Assembly (NCBI GenBank): GCA_964016885.1
Contig: OZ024743.1
Location: 370,698,001-370,762,000 of the forward strand
Reading direction: 5' to 3'
DNA length: 64,000 nt
Source: Eledone cirrhosa
Lineage: Eukaryota
A program made the position numbers and the translations under genes. Below are positions 24,710-38,400 of this stretch, piece by piece (position 1 is the first letter of the stretch; every line of letters starts with the position of its first letter). The notes below the pieces were generated by a model that did no database searches, was not told the DNA's origin, and saw nothing but the letters and a program-made list of their open reading frames with translations.

Positions 24710-27700
24710 GGTCTGTATTACTGTGTAACGCCAGAGGTCTCGGTCCTGTGTCATCGCCTTTGAGACGTGCAATTGGTCAAAGTCAGGTCTTTTTACCTCA
24801 TCCCAGGTCTTCTTGGGTCTCCTCACTCCAAGGCTTCCATCGACTTTTCGTGTTCTGCACCTTTTTATGCAGCTGTCATCCTTCATACACATCACATGTC
24901 CATACCAACGTAATCTTCTCTCCTGCACACAACATTTGATTCCTCTTATGCTACTCTCTCTCTCTCAATTCGTTTATGCTTTGCCGTTCGCGTATATTAC
25001 TATTACACATCCATCGGAGCATGCAGGCTTCGTTTCTTTCTAATCTACGCAAGTCTTCTAGACACAACTTCCAGTCTCACTGCCATGTAACATTGTTGTT
25101 CGTATGTACGCATCATACAGTCTGCCTTTCGTTTTTTAGGGAAAATCCTTTTGCAGCTAACACTAGTAGTAGCTCCCTGAACTTCTTCCATCCCGTTCTT
25201 ACCATGGTTACTGTACTTTCAGAACACCCACCTCCGCTGCTAATTCGGTCACCTAGGTAACAGAAGCTGTCTACTATTTCTACAGAGCCCTCCCAGTGTT
25301 TGTTAGTGCTTGTTTCCTGTGGACGTTTGCTGCTTGCTGTCCCAGTGCAGCTACTACATGTAAAGCCTACATTCTTAGCTAAACTTCCTGAGATCCCACT
25401 ACATCTCTTGTGTACCCTTAGATTGCATTTGGGGCAGAGGATAGAATTTCTGCCTACACCTTTCCTACATACTGAGCAAGGTCATTTCCCTGAGGGGATC
25501 TGGGTTCTTTTTTCTCATCTACTTATTAGAACCTTGGTCTTTGTCAGGTTGACTTTGAGACCCCTTCTTTCTAGTCCTTGCTTCCATATTTGGAATTTCT
25601 GCTCTAGTTCCACCATAGATCCATCTATAAATGTTAGTTCATCAGCATAGAGGAGTTCCCATGAGCATCCGGTCTTAAACTCCTTTGTTATAGCCTGCAA
25701 TACGATAATACACAGGAGAGGACACCGACCTGTATGCTAAATTACTCGCTATAGTCATTGTTAACACTAACTTTGCTGACTGCTTCCCTATACATGACTT
25801 GTACGACTTTTACAAGCCATTCATCTATTCCTAGTTTTCTAAGAGCCCACCAGATTATAGCACGGGGCACTCTGTCAAAGGTTTTTTCGACAAATGCCAA
25901 GTAGAGTGGCTTACTTTTAGCTAGGTACTTTTCCTGTAACTGCCTCATAAGGAAGGGAGCATCAGTGGTGCTTTTGTCCGGCACAAACCCAAACTGCATC
26001 TCATCTAGTTTTACCCAGTCCCTAATCAGCTGTGCTATAACTCTTTTCGTTACTTTCATGGCCTGGTCCATCAGCTCAATACTTCTATAGTTTCCTCTAT
26101 CTAGTGCATCTTCTTTAACCTCGTAGCAGTTGACAATGATGCTGCTGCACCAATCCTTTGGTATGACACCCTCTGGTATTACCTGGTTAACAATACGTGT
26201 GGTTATGGTGTGACCTACCGATCCAGATGCTTTCAGCATCTCGGCAGCTATACCCGATGGACTGCTTGCTTTCCCATTCTTCCTATTCTTAATGGCCTTA
26301 CTTACTGCACTGCTGCTGACTTGTATTGCTGGGCCCTCTATAGAGTTCACTTGGGGTAGGGTCTCTTTCTCCCATGCATTCTCCTCATTTAGTAATCTTT
26401 CATAATGTCTCTTCCACGCAGCTTTCTTCTCGGTACTTGTGAGGGCAAGCTCACCTTTACGATTCCGGACACACTTCTCTCCAATGACATCACAATTTTC
26501 TCTAACACACTGCCTCGCAATCTTGAATACCTCCTGTTTGTGGTCCTCACGTTTCAAAACATGCTTCCCTTCTAGCTAAGTATACTTGTCGCCTAGCTTC
26601 CCTCCTGGTCTCTATGTAATGTACCCTGCTTCCCCCCGTTCTTCCATTCTTTCCATGCCTGACTCTTAGCCTTAATTACCTCATCTAACTTATTGTTCCA
26701 CCACCAAGTCACTTTTCTTCTCCCTGTGGTCTTGCTCGACCGCAAATCTCATCTGTCACCTTTAGCATGTTATTTTTTAGGAACTCCCAGTGCTCTTCTA
26801 CATTGAATGTCTCTATCTGTTCTTCTTTACAGTCATAGGTGTCGAGTAAGATATTTTAAAATCTATTACCGGCTGAGGGGTCTTTCAGCTCCCAGATCTT
26901 TCTTCTCCAAGTTGCTTTCTGTTTCCAAGTTCCTCTAGTTCTGACAATGAGGTCGCTGAGAACTAAGTTTTGTTGGGAGGTACATTCCTCACCAGGGAAG
27001 GCTTTTGTGTTTACAACCGTCCATCTATCACGTCCTCTGATAAGGATAAAATCTATCTGACTAGAATGCTCCACTGATCTATAGGTGATCAGATGGTTGT
27101 CGGGTGTTTTGAAGTTTGTTTCACATATCGACGTCATTGGCGTCACAGAATTCTAGAAGCCTGAAGCCTTCTTTGTTTCACGTGCCAAACCCATATCGTC
27201 CATGGATTCTATAGAACCCGTCACAGTGTTTCCCAATGTGTCCGTTAAAGTTTCCTGCAATGATTAGGAAGTCATTGTCGTTTGTTAGGGCAGTAGTGTG
27301 CATTAAGGACTCGTAAAACCTATCCTTAAGTTCGTCTGTCAACCCAGATTGGGGTGCGTGCGCTGATATAGTTGTAGCGATTGTTTTATTCAGGACTATT
27401 CTGAGTTTAAAGGATTCTTGCGTTCACCCTGTTCACTGAGATTACCTATCTACACATTTGCCGGCTAATAGTATACCTACCCGCTGTCATACCCTACCCG
27501 CTGTCATTTCCCACCCAGAAAAACTTGCAGCACTGATTTTTGCCTACAAGGACTTTAGTAGACTCTCTTCTCCATCTAGTCTCTTGCACACAGCATACAT
27601 CAATTTCCTTTTGCTCTCACACCTCTACGATTTCTCCTGCTCTTCCTTTCATTGTGCTCACATTCATGGTGCCAACTCGGAGTTTTGGGCATTTGCCGTC

Positions 27701-27806
27701 ATTGGTGGGAGAGGGTGAATTTTTGCGGGGGAGTGTGTATGCTTTCTGTCTCTGAATTAAAGCTTTGCATGACCGCTTTGTAACTCGTGGATTCATATTC
27801 ATCTAT
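24710..27806 (-). mobile_element. RTE-clade LINE, near full-length ORF, decayed (PHD-in-RT family)
   Basis: GTMNVSTMKGR, SQIDFIL (APE); NYRSIELM, QFGFVP, FDRVPR, LYADEL (RT); PHD cysteines at 25347-25478. Confidence 0.9.
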
Positions 27807-28375
27807 TTATTCAGGGTTGTTCCAGCTTATCCATAGATAACGATAAACAAAAATTTCTTTGGGGCAGGAATATAAAAGACGGTAGTAGTAATGGCAGAAT
27901 TTGTTGCTGCAGGTAATGGCTGAGGATATGTTGCTGTGGTTTGATTGGTCGAAAAGCCTATGATGGCGAGTGGTGGTAGGAGGGAGAGAAATTGTGAGAT
28001 AGGTAGCCATCATGGCGTATATCGTTGCAGAAGATTCGGGGAGAAATAAGCAGATACAAGTAGGCATATTCGACAAGGCGAATGTGCGAGAATTTCGAAG
28101 ATGGTCACTGACTAAATGATAGATTGATTGGGATGAGTTCGTAGAGAGTTAGAGAGGGGTGGGGTGAATGTCTAGCGTGCTATATTTCGAGTAATAATAA
28201 TAATAATGTATAGAGAACATTTTCAAATGTAGAGACAAAATAATCTATGTATGGCTGGGATAAGTTGGAAATCTTTAAAAATCCATAGAGAAGGCCAAAA
28301 AGCCGTCTAGATTCGTAACGCCGAAATGAATGAGTGAGAGAAAGAGGTGGAATGGCGAGGGTTTGGGATGAGTTC

Positions 28376-28434
<59 letters not shown>

Positions 28435-28489
28435 GAGAGAGAGAGAGGGGGGGGGGGGATAATGTCTAGCGTGCTTTATTTCCAGATCA

Positions 28490-28890
28490 CTCATATATAG
28501 GAAATTGACTGGCCAGTCTGCTGATATGTAAATCCGGCTGATCAGTGGATCTGTTAATATGCAGATCTGACTGATCAGCCAGTCTGCTAATATGCAAATC
28601 AGGCCGATAGTCACTGTATATTTTAGAAAATAACATATATTTTCACTAGCTCTGACAGTTGGTATGTGAACAGTGAGCTGTACTGATGAAGGGTGATATC
28701 CAGAAACATTAGTGTCCGCAGTTCTGTTTACATGCCAACACAAGAGCAATAATGAAGGGCTCATTCTACTGACATGGCTATAAAAATGAGAATTGTTTGC
28801 ATAATTGCAAACGAATCGAATATTATTATTAATATTCGAAAAACTCAGATTATATTTATTGTATTCAGCCATGGAGAGCAAACATTTTTT
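28490..28890 (+). mobile_element. PLE pLTR family O, copy 2
   Basis: octamer-like repeats 28524-28600, hammerhead, ACTC tail, ends at (TA)n/(TG)n. Confidence 0.75.
28675..28724 (+). ncRNA. Type I hammerhead ribozyme (canonical core)
   Basis: GAGCTGTA-CTGATGA-AGGGTGATATCCA-GAAAC-ATTAGT-GTC-CGCAGTTC. Confidence 0.8.
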
Positions 28891-28894
28891 TAAA

Positions 28895-29002
<108 letters not shown>

Positions 29003-29011
29003 TGTGTGTAT

Positions 29012-31680
29012 TCTAAGGCGGGTAAAATTCCCGAGATCCATAGACGAGTTCTCTCCAGCGGTCTCAGTCCCTCATTATCGCTGCCATGTCCTGCCTCTCC
29101 AACAGACCAGTGTCTGACCTTAGGGGATCAACATACATTAACCTTGGTCTTCCTCTTCCAGTGTGTCCATGGAGGGGCTCCCACAGGAGCACTGAGTGCA
29201 ATGTCAACTCTGGATGTGGGTAAGCATGTCCAGCTTACCTCAGTCTCCGCTGTGTCACTTTTGAGCTGACATTTGGGAGGCTCCCATACAGCTCTGAGTT
29301 TTTCATCCTCAGTGTATACTGATTAATGTTCAGAGCCATCCTCAGCATTCTCGTGTAGCACCCATCCACCATCTGAGTGAGTTTCTTGGTCAGTGTCCAA
29401 GTCTCAGACCCGTACAGCAGCACAGACTCCACTACAGCAATGAAGAGGCTGATTTTCAGGTCTTTACGAAGGTCCAACTTCCACACCGATGTCAAGTTGT
29501 GGCACGCCGCCCAGGCTTTGCTCTTCCTCTCAACCACATCATCTTCCGTATTCCCAATCTTTGCTCCCAAATACGGGAAGTCCTCAACCAATTCTAGCGG
29601 CTTCCCGCCTACATTAGTGATCCCCTCTGGCTTCTCAACCAGATTTTTTGTCTTAGTCTCATTCATTCTCAGCCCCACAATCATCGACACAGTCTCAACC
29701 TGTTGCATCAAATCCTCCGTCTCCTTCACTGTATTTGTTATCAAAATTATGTCGTCAGCAAATTCAACATCCGATATCTTTTTCGCCTTAACTCTTCTGC
29801 TCTGAGCCGGTGTTTCAGTAAAGCCAGAGTCCTGGTGTTTCTCCAGTACAAGGCGCATACAATAGTCCACTACGATGATAAAAAGGTAGGGAGCCAATGT
29901 ATCTCCCTGGAGCACTCCAGCCAGTATCTCAAAGAACTCTGTCATCCCATCAGGTGTAATGACTTGAGCTTTGGTGTTGGTGTAGAGCAGTGATATCAGA
30001 TCACTATCTTCTTAGAGATTCCATAAGCCTGTAAGATCTTCATCAGGCAGTGACGGTCGACAGAATCAAAGGCCTTCCTAAAGTCTATTGGTGAGGGAAA
30101 TAATTCATGTCTCGCCGCGAGTGTTGAGGGTGACCTTCAATGGAAACCCAAGACTGACAGTCATCTCAGCCTATAGTCCAACCGAGGGAGACAGTGATGT
30201 GAGTGCGGAAGAGTTCCATGAGGATGTGTGTAGAGCTGTCAACACCACACAAGCACACAACATCCTGCTTGTTTTGGGGGACTTCAATGCACATCTGAGT
30301 AAGGATGGCAGTGAAGATCCTTGCTGGTACTTCCATAACAACACAAACCGAAATGGAAGACGACTGAGAGACACCCTGCTGGAGGTGAACTTGATAGCGA
30401 CCAACCTAAGGCTTAGGAAGAATCCGGGGAAGATGTGGACCTACATCTCAAATATGCACCTGTCCAAGTCCCAAATTGATTTCATTCTGGTGAGGAAAAA
30501 GTGGCGGAATAGTGTTCTGAACACAGAACCATACAACTATTTCAGTAGACTGAGTAGTGACCACCGGTTTGTTATGAGTGACGTCCGGGTGAGCTTAAGA
30601 AAGAACAAGGCTCAACCCCGGAGAGCAATCTATGACTGGGGAGCTTTCAAGGAAGATGAGAAGCTACAGGAGAGGTTCACAGTGGAAGTGAGGAACAGGT
30701 TCAGTGCTCTGTGTGGAGAGACAGAGGAGAGAGAGATTGGATGGACTGAGGAGAGTGTGACGAGGAGGTACGGGCACTTCACCAGTGCAGTGGCGGAAGA
30801 AGTGAGACCCTGGTGCCGAGGGGAAAGAAAAAAAGGAAGCACGTCAGCTCTGCTGACCCAAAAGTCTGTGCAGCCAGAGAACACCTGAAAGCTGCCAAGG
30901 ACCAATTCTATGCTGATCCTACGGAGGAGAGGATGGAGACTGTAGAGGTGATGAGGGAAGAACTCTGTTCCGCTTACACTGAGGCCAGAGAGGAGGCACT
31001 GATAGAGAAGATCAGAAGTGTGGAGAGAGCGGTTGACAGGTCTGGATGTAAGGAGAGCTGGATGATCATCAACGAGATCAGAGGGAGGAAGAGAAGGTGT
31101 TCGAGTCAGATCCAGGGAACGGGGCCCAAGGATAGGAAGAGGAAATGGTCTAGCCATTTTAGGACCCTACTAGGAGAGCCACCCTCCACAGCCCAGAGCA
31201 CTGGGGAGATCAGGCGGTTGTTTGAAGAACTAGATATGGAGACAGAGCCCTTCACCAGAGAGGAGCTTCAGAGAGCCAAGAAAAAGATCAAGGAGGGCAA
31301 GGCTCGTGGAGAAGATGGAGTGGCATCAGAGGTGATGAAGAGGTGTGATTTTGATGATATCATCCTGGGGTTCTGTAACCAGGCACTGGAGAAAGGAAGA
31401 GTTGCCCCGAATCAGTGGAGGATCAGTAACATCGCCCCAGTGCCAAAGAAGGGAGATCTCTCTAACACCAACAACTACAGGGGGATCTCACTGACGTCAC
31501 TTGTGGCAAAGACCCTCAACAGGATGATTCTTAACAGGATCCAACCTGACATGGAGAAGAAGCTCAGGGACAACCAGAACGGCTTCAGAGAGGGAAGATC
31601 AACCACCAGTCACATCCTGATGCTGAGGAGGATATTAGAGGGAGCTAGAGCAAAGTGCCTTCTCGCGGTCATGGTTTTCA
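29012..31680 (-). mobile_element. RTE-clade LINE with 5' inversion (30088-31680 inverted) and 10-bp TSD
   Basis: plus segment APE-RT ends VF(I) at 31680, minus segment resumes IDFRKAFDSVD at 30087; TSD TTGTGTGTAT 29002-29011 and 31681-31690. Confidence 0.9.
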
Positions 31681-31689
31681 TTGTGTGTA

Positions 31690-31850
<161 letters not shown>

Positions 31851-31889
31851 GACGCACACACACACAACATATATACAAATACACGCACA

Positions 31890-31932
<43 letters not shown>

Positions 31933-32149
31933 CATATATATGATGGCTGCCCCTCGTTATCGAGTATGGCCATTGCACGATATACCATTATTAATAATTA
32001 TTAATTAATTCTATCGTGCAATGCCTGTGCGTGAAGATATTTTTGAAAGTGAGGAAAGACTGTGCACTGAGCCAATCCCACTCTCTGAGCGACAGTAGCT
32101 CTAACCTGAAAAGAAGAAAAGATCAACATCATTGGTAACTACTGAACCG

Positions 32150-32250
32150 CAGGGTTTATATCGGAGTTATCCCAGTTTCCTGAGTTGCCTTCTCCTAGAA
32201 GAATGCCCTGAGAAAGGCTAGGGGTCCTTCAGTCCCAGTGGTTTAACCAC
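32150..32250 (-). mobile_element. RTE 5' UTR-like fragment
   Basis: TAGCC..GGCA..CTAGGAGAAGGCAACTC resembles RTE 5' UTR motif recalled from memory. Confidence 0.35.
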
Positions 32251-32990
32251 ACGGTACATGTGTATATACATATTTACACACTTTCGGATGGCCGTTGACT
32301 CTTATGAGTTCTTCCGCCCTTTGTCAGGTTTTGTTTTTTGTCCTGCAGGGTGTCCAAAATCACCCTCCTCACCAAGTAAACTTGGTGGGGTTGCCGGTTT
32401 AGTCGCCGACGAACCGACCATGCGACAGGTTGTACGGGTTACATGTTACCAGCAGCACTCAAGAGTGTTAGAAGGTAATCGGGACACAAACAAGAGAAAA
32501 AGTTTCTGTTCGCCAGCTGTTTACATACGGAACTTGAATGTTTCGGCGCTTAAAACAGAACATCGATCCGTAGCGCGCCCATTTCCTTTTACCTATCAAA
32601 AGGCTTTGGGGGAAAGAAGTGATAGTGGAGAGAGAGGAAGAAAGAAAATGGGAAGAAGAAAATAAAAAGAAGTAAACATACCGATAGAAGGGGAACACAG
32701 GACAATGGCACATGCATGTAAGTAATCGAAGAGAATATAGATCAAGTTATACCAAGCCAGTGGGTATAAGCCCGGTGGCCATAATAACAGAAGAGCTAGG
32801 TTTTCTGTGGCGTTTCTTGGTAAAGTGAGTGTAGAGAGAGAGAAAGACGGAGAAACCGGTAGTGAGAGGGAGTAGAGGACAGAGGGGGTGAGAAAGAGGG
32901 ATAGAGAGAGAGGAGGGAGAAGGGAAAGGGAGTTAATCCAAAAGGGGTATACGACGCACGTGCGACCGAAAACAAACAAATGGATAGGGA

Positions 32991-33153
<163 letters not shown>

Positions 33154-33294
33154 GGAGTCGATCCGAGAGCGTGGTGGGATATAAGTCTGGCCAGGGACGC
33201 TAATCGCTTTACTATGCTGGCCGTCACAAACAGTCATAGCCGGTTCGGACAGAAGTCGAATTCTGTCGATCGATTGGTTATTGATTAGGCGAAA

Positions 33295-33405
33295 CCCGCT
33301 GATGAAGCCATATGCGCCAATTATGCATTGTTGATTAATATATGCGGACAGAGGTTGCAGTGCACCCTACTCCTGCATTGAGTGTGGCAGAAACTCGAGT
33401 TCGGG
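33295..33405 (+). ncRNA. Hammerhead motif with long stem II (PLE pLTR)
   Basis: CCCG-CTGATGA-AGCCA..(long insert)..TGGCA-GAAAC-TCGA-GTT-CGGG; palindromic stem III. Confidence 0.65.
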
Positions 33406-33582
33406 AAATACTGAAGATACCCGTTTACGTGTGTTGTATTGAAACGAATAACTATGTGTATACTCTGGGAGTTTATTTAACATTTCTTATTGAGTAAGCT
33501 GAGATGCAAGCGATCCTAGCAGTGATACCTGTGCTAGTTCCGTCAACTTATTATATATAGAGAGATAGATAGATAGATATAA

Positions 33583-34764
<1,182 letters not shown>

Positions 34765-35459
34765 ATGTGTAGATGTATATACATATATACATCCACACAT
34801 ATATATATATATTTATATATATATACACACATATATATATATACAGATATAAATATACATAAATACACAGACACACATACATGCATGTGCATACCTACAC
34901 ATACATGTGCATATAGTCACACAAGTACATATATACATTTACATACACAGCTATATCCGTACAGACCCAACTAAAATAAAAATAAAAATATATATACACA
35001 CACATCACGGATCATGGATTTCAAATCATGTCTATCTGTCGCCCGGTATCTCTTGCTTACAGGCAATATGGTAACTGTTGACCATCCACCCATTCTGATT
35101 GGAAAATAATATATTTATTGATGCCTGTCACCTCTCTAAATGACCCAACTTTATTATATCTGTTCTAATCTAGCATATTTCACTTGTAACGCGAGGTTGT
35201 ACCCACACATGCGTATCTTGTTCATTTGCATGTGTGGTTTTTATATGTGTACTCCCGCGGGTGGACATACATATGTATGTCTTATGGTACTACCTTACCT
35301 TAATACTATCATCATTATTATTATTGTTTTAATTTTCTGCTTACTTATACTGTATTGATCTTTAATTTTATAGATCATATGTTTTATGTGTGTGTGTATG
35401 TATGTGTGTACATGTACATGTACATGTAACGGAGCTACTTGCATGGCGTGTATCAATAA

Positions 35460-38400
35460 TCTATCCGTGCGTGATTAGGCTAAGTTAAACCAATCGTGAG
35501 CTGAGCACGGATATATATATATTTCAATTTCCGTCCAAACAAAGATTTTCCCGCTTCTTTTGTTTTCACAAAAGAGTTGCTGCTTTAATCGTGAAAAGGT
35601 AAACACCATTTTTATCCTTGACGTTCGACCACTAGCCATTATGTTATAACAACACAGATTCGGCCTGGCCGGCACCTCGGCCAGAGACCGTGCCTTCCTC
35701 TGCTTAAAACTCTTAATTTTGTTTGTTCTTTTGTTTGACAACCCAGCTTAAATTTTGTAATCGGTTGTAAATAAAACTTGTAAAATATTATAAGGTATTG
35801 TAATATTTTTACCATAGCCATAGCCTTTAAATGTGATATGGAAAATCCTTTCCAGAGTTCTTATCACTACAGCAACAGATGTACTTCGTTCGTCGCTACA
35901 AAACCCACAACCAAACTACAACTTCTTACATTCCTCTTTAATTCAAACATACATTTTACTTTCAACTGTTATGTTATAACAATTAGCTGGACAACTCCTC
36001 ATGTGCTATCAACAAAACAACAATAATAACTTATATTCCTTCTTATATATATATTAATTTCAACAATGTCAGTATTCCGTGTGTCATAATTCTCGATTAT
36101 CATTGGTTCATAGGTTTCAAACGACTCCGCCCACCTCAACGACGCCAAACTTAAATTAATATGCATAATGCCAATGAGGGAGTGAGAGGGGGTAGTAAGA
36201 AACAGAGAGGCAAAGTGAACGCTGTAACTATTACCATATGTGCGTGTGTATGTACGTGCGCGTATGTTTATGTGTGTGCGTGCATACAGCGTTCCACAGA
36301 AAGTAAAAGCGATTCGACTTTATCAAACAGTGAACTACAGCGGCGACTAGGAATGAAGAAAAACAGGCCGAACAGCGCCATCGGAACGCCGAATTTCAGA
36401 GGCGAAGACGTGCCGCCATGAATGAAGAGGGAGCTGGCCGAAAACGCCAACGAAACACTGGAGCCAAGCAGCGACGGCGTGCTGCGATGGTTGAAGACGA
36501 ACTGGCTGAGCATCATCAGCAGATGGCCAGAATTTAGCAGCAACGGCGTGCTGCGATGGATGAAGAGGAGCTGGCTGAACAGCGCCAGCGCAATACAGAA
36601 GTTCAGAGAATGTGTGGCCAAAGTGCTCCTCATTCCAGTAAAGAGGCTAGAAGGCGAACGAATGATATTAAAAATGGATCATGGCAACCGTGTCATTTTC
36701 AGATTGGTGGACGAGCAGAGTGTCCACATTGTGGAGCATTGCTTTGGAGGCACGAAAAGACGTGGACCACAATGTGCTGTCATAAAGGAGCAGTTCAACT
36801 TGAACCCTTGCGAATGCCGGATGATGAGGAGTCACCGGAGTTTAAAATACTAAGTATGTGGAGTGATCAAGGAGACCGAGGTAGATTACTGCGCAAATAT
36901 TCGCGGCAAATTAACAATTCATTAGCTTTAACATCGCAGAGAATTGGTGAGATGTTTGAGAGTGGAGCATGGCAACCGAATGTAGCCATTCAATGCCGTT
37001 TGTATCATTGTATCGGTAATTTAGAAGTTACCCCGGGAGAGAGGCCTCGATTCGCTCAAATTTACGTTAACGATCCAGATTATAGTGAATCGGAGGAGGA
37101 TATCAGGATCGGTTGGATGAAGTTGCCGGGAAATATAACTGAACTTGAACGGCAAAGGTTAAGTGATTTGATCCGTGATTTGCAATCTTGGCTTAGACAG
37201 TGTAATCCTTATGTTATGGATTTCATGTTGGTGGCTGAACTGCAAAATGTTCAGCAGCAAACATTGGTGATTAAGGCTGACGCAGTGCCAAGGAATCAAC
37301 ACGAACGGCGATATAATGCCCCTAAAGGATTTCGTGAAGTTGCTGTGTTGATGGACGATAAGCTTGGATCGAGAGATATCGTCATCAATCGCAGAGATGG
37401 TGGTCTCAAGACTATCAATGAGTCAAATAGGGCATACGATCCATTGCATTATGTTCTTTAATTCCCAAAAGGTGAAAATGTATGGAACATGTCTGTTCAT
37501 TTAGATGATCATGAGAATCAACATCAACAGGGAGGTGGTAATAGACACAATAATTCGATTCGCGACTTTTACGCGTTCCATTTGAACGAGAGGAATCAAC
37601 AGAGAAATGCACTATTTCAAGCCAGCAGATTGTTCCAGGAATACTGTTGTATGGCATTCGCAAAGATCGAAAATCAAAGGCTAAATTATATAGCTACACA
37701 TCAGCAACATATCAGAGCTGAATTGTATAATAATATACAGGATGCGATAACAGCCGATGATGCCAATTACAAGCAAATTGGTCGACGCATCATTTTGCCA
37801 TCGTCGTTCATCGGGCGGCCCAAGATATATGAACATTCGCTATCAGGATGCAATGGCTATTGTCAGAACGTTTGGAAAGCCAGATTTGTTTATAACGGTT
37901 ACATGCAATCCTGAATGGACTGATATTAAGGATGCACTTTTGCCAGGACAACAGCCAAAGGACCGTCCTGATATTGTGGCAAGAGTATTCAAAGGATATC
38001 TGAAAAAGATAATGGATGATGTGGAAAAAGAGGGAATCTTTGGAGGTATAGTTGCTTTTACATACGTAATTGAATTCCAAAAAAGAGGATTGCCACATGC
38101 ACATTTGCTGATCATTTTACATAGAGATTGCAAATTGAGATGTGTTGAGGATGTCGACAGCATTGTGTGTGCTGAACTGCTGGAGAATGAGGCACTAATC
38201 AACTTGGTGGCAAAGTCAATGGTGCACAACCAATGCGGAGTGGCAAATCGGAAAGCGCCTTGCATGAAAAATGTCCAATGCAGTAAGCACTTTCCGAAAT
38301 CTTTTGTCACGAACACTTCCTGGAACGATGGGGATGCTCATCCTTCATACAGAAGACGGTCGCCTGCCGATGGCGGTTTGGTCGAAAATGTAAACGGTCG

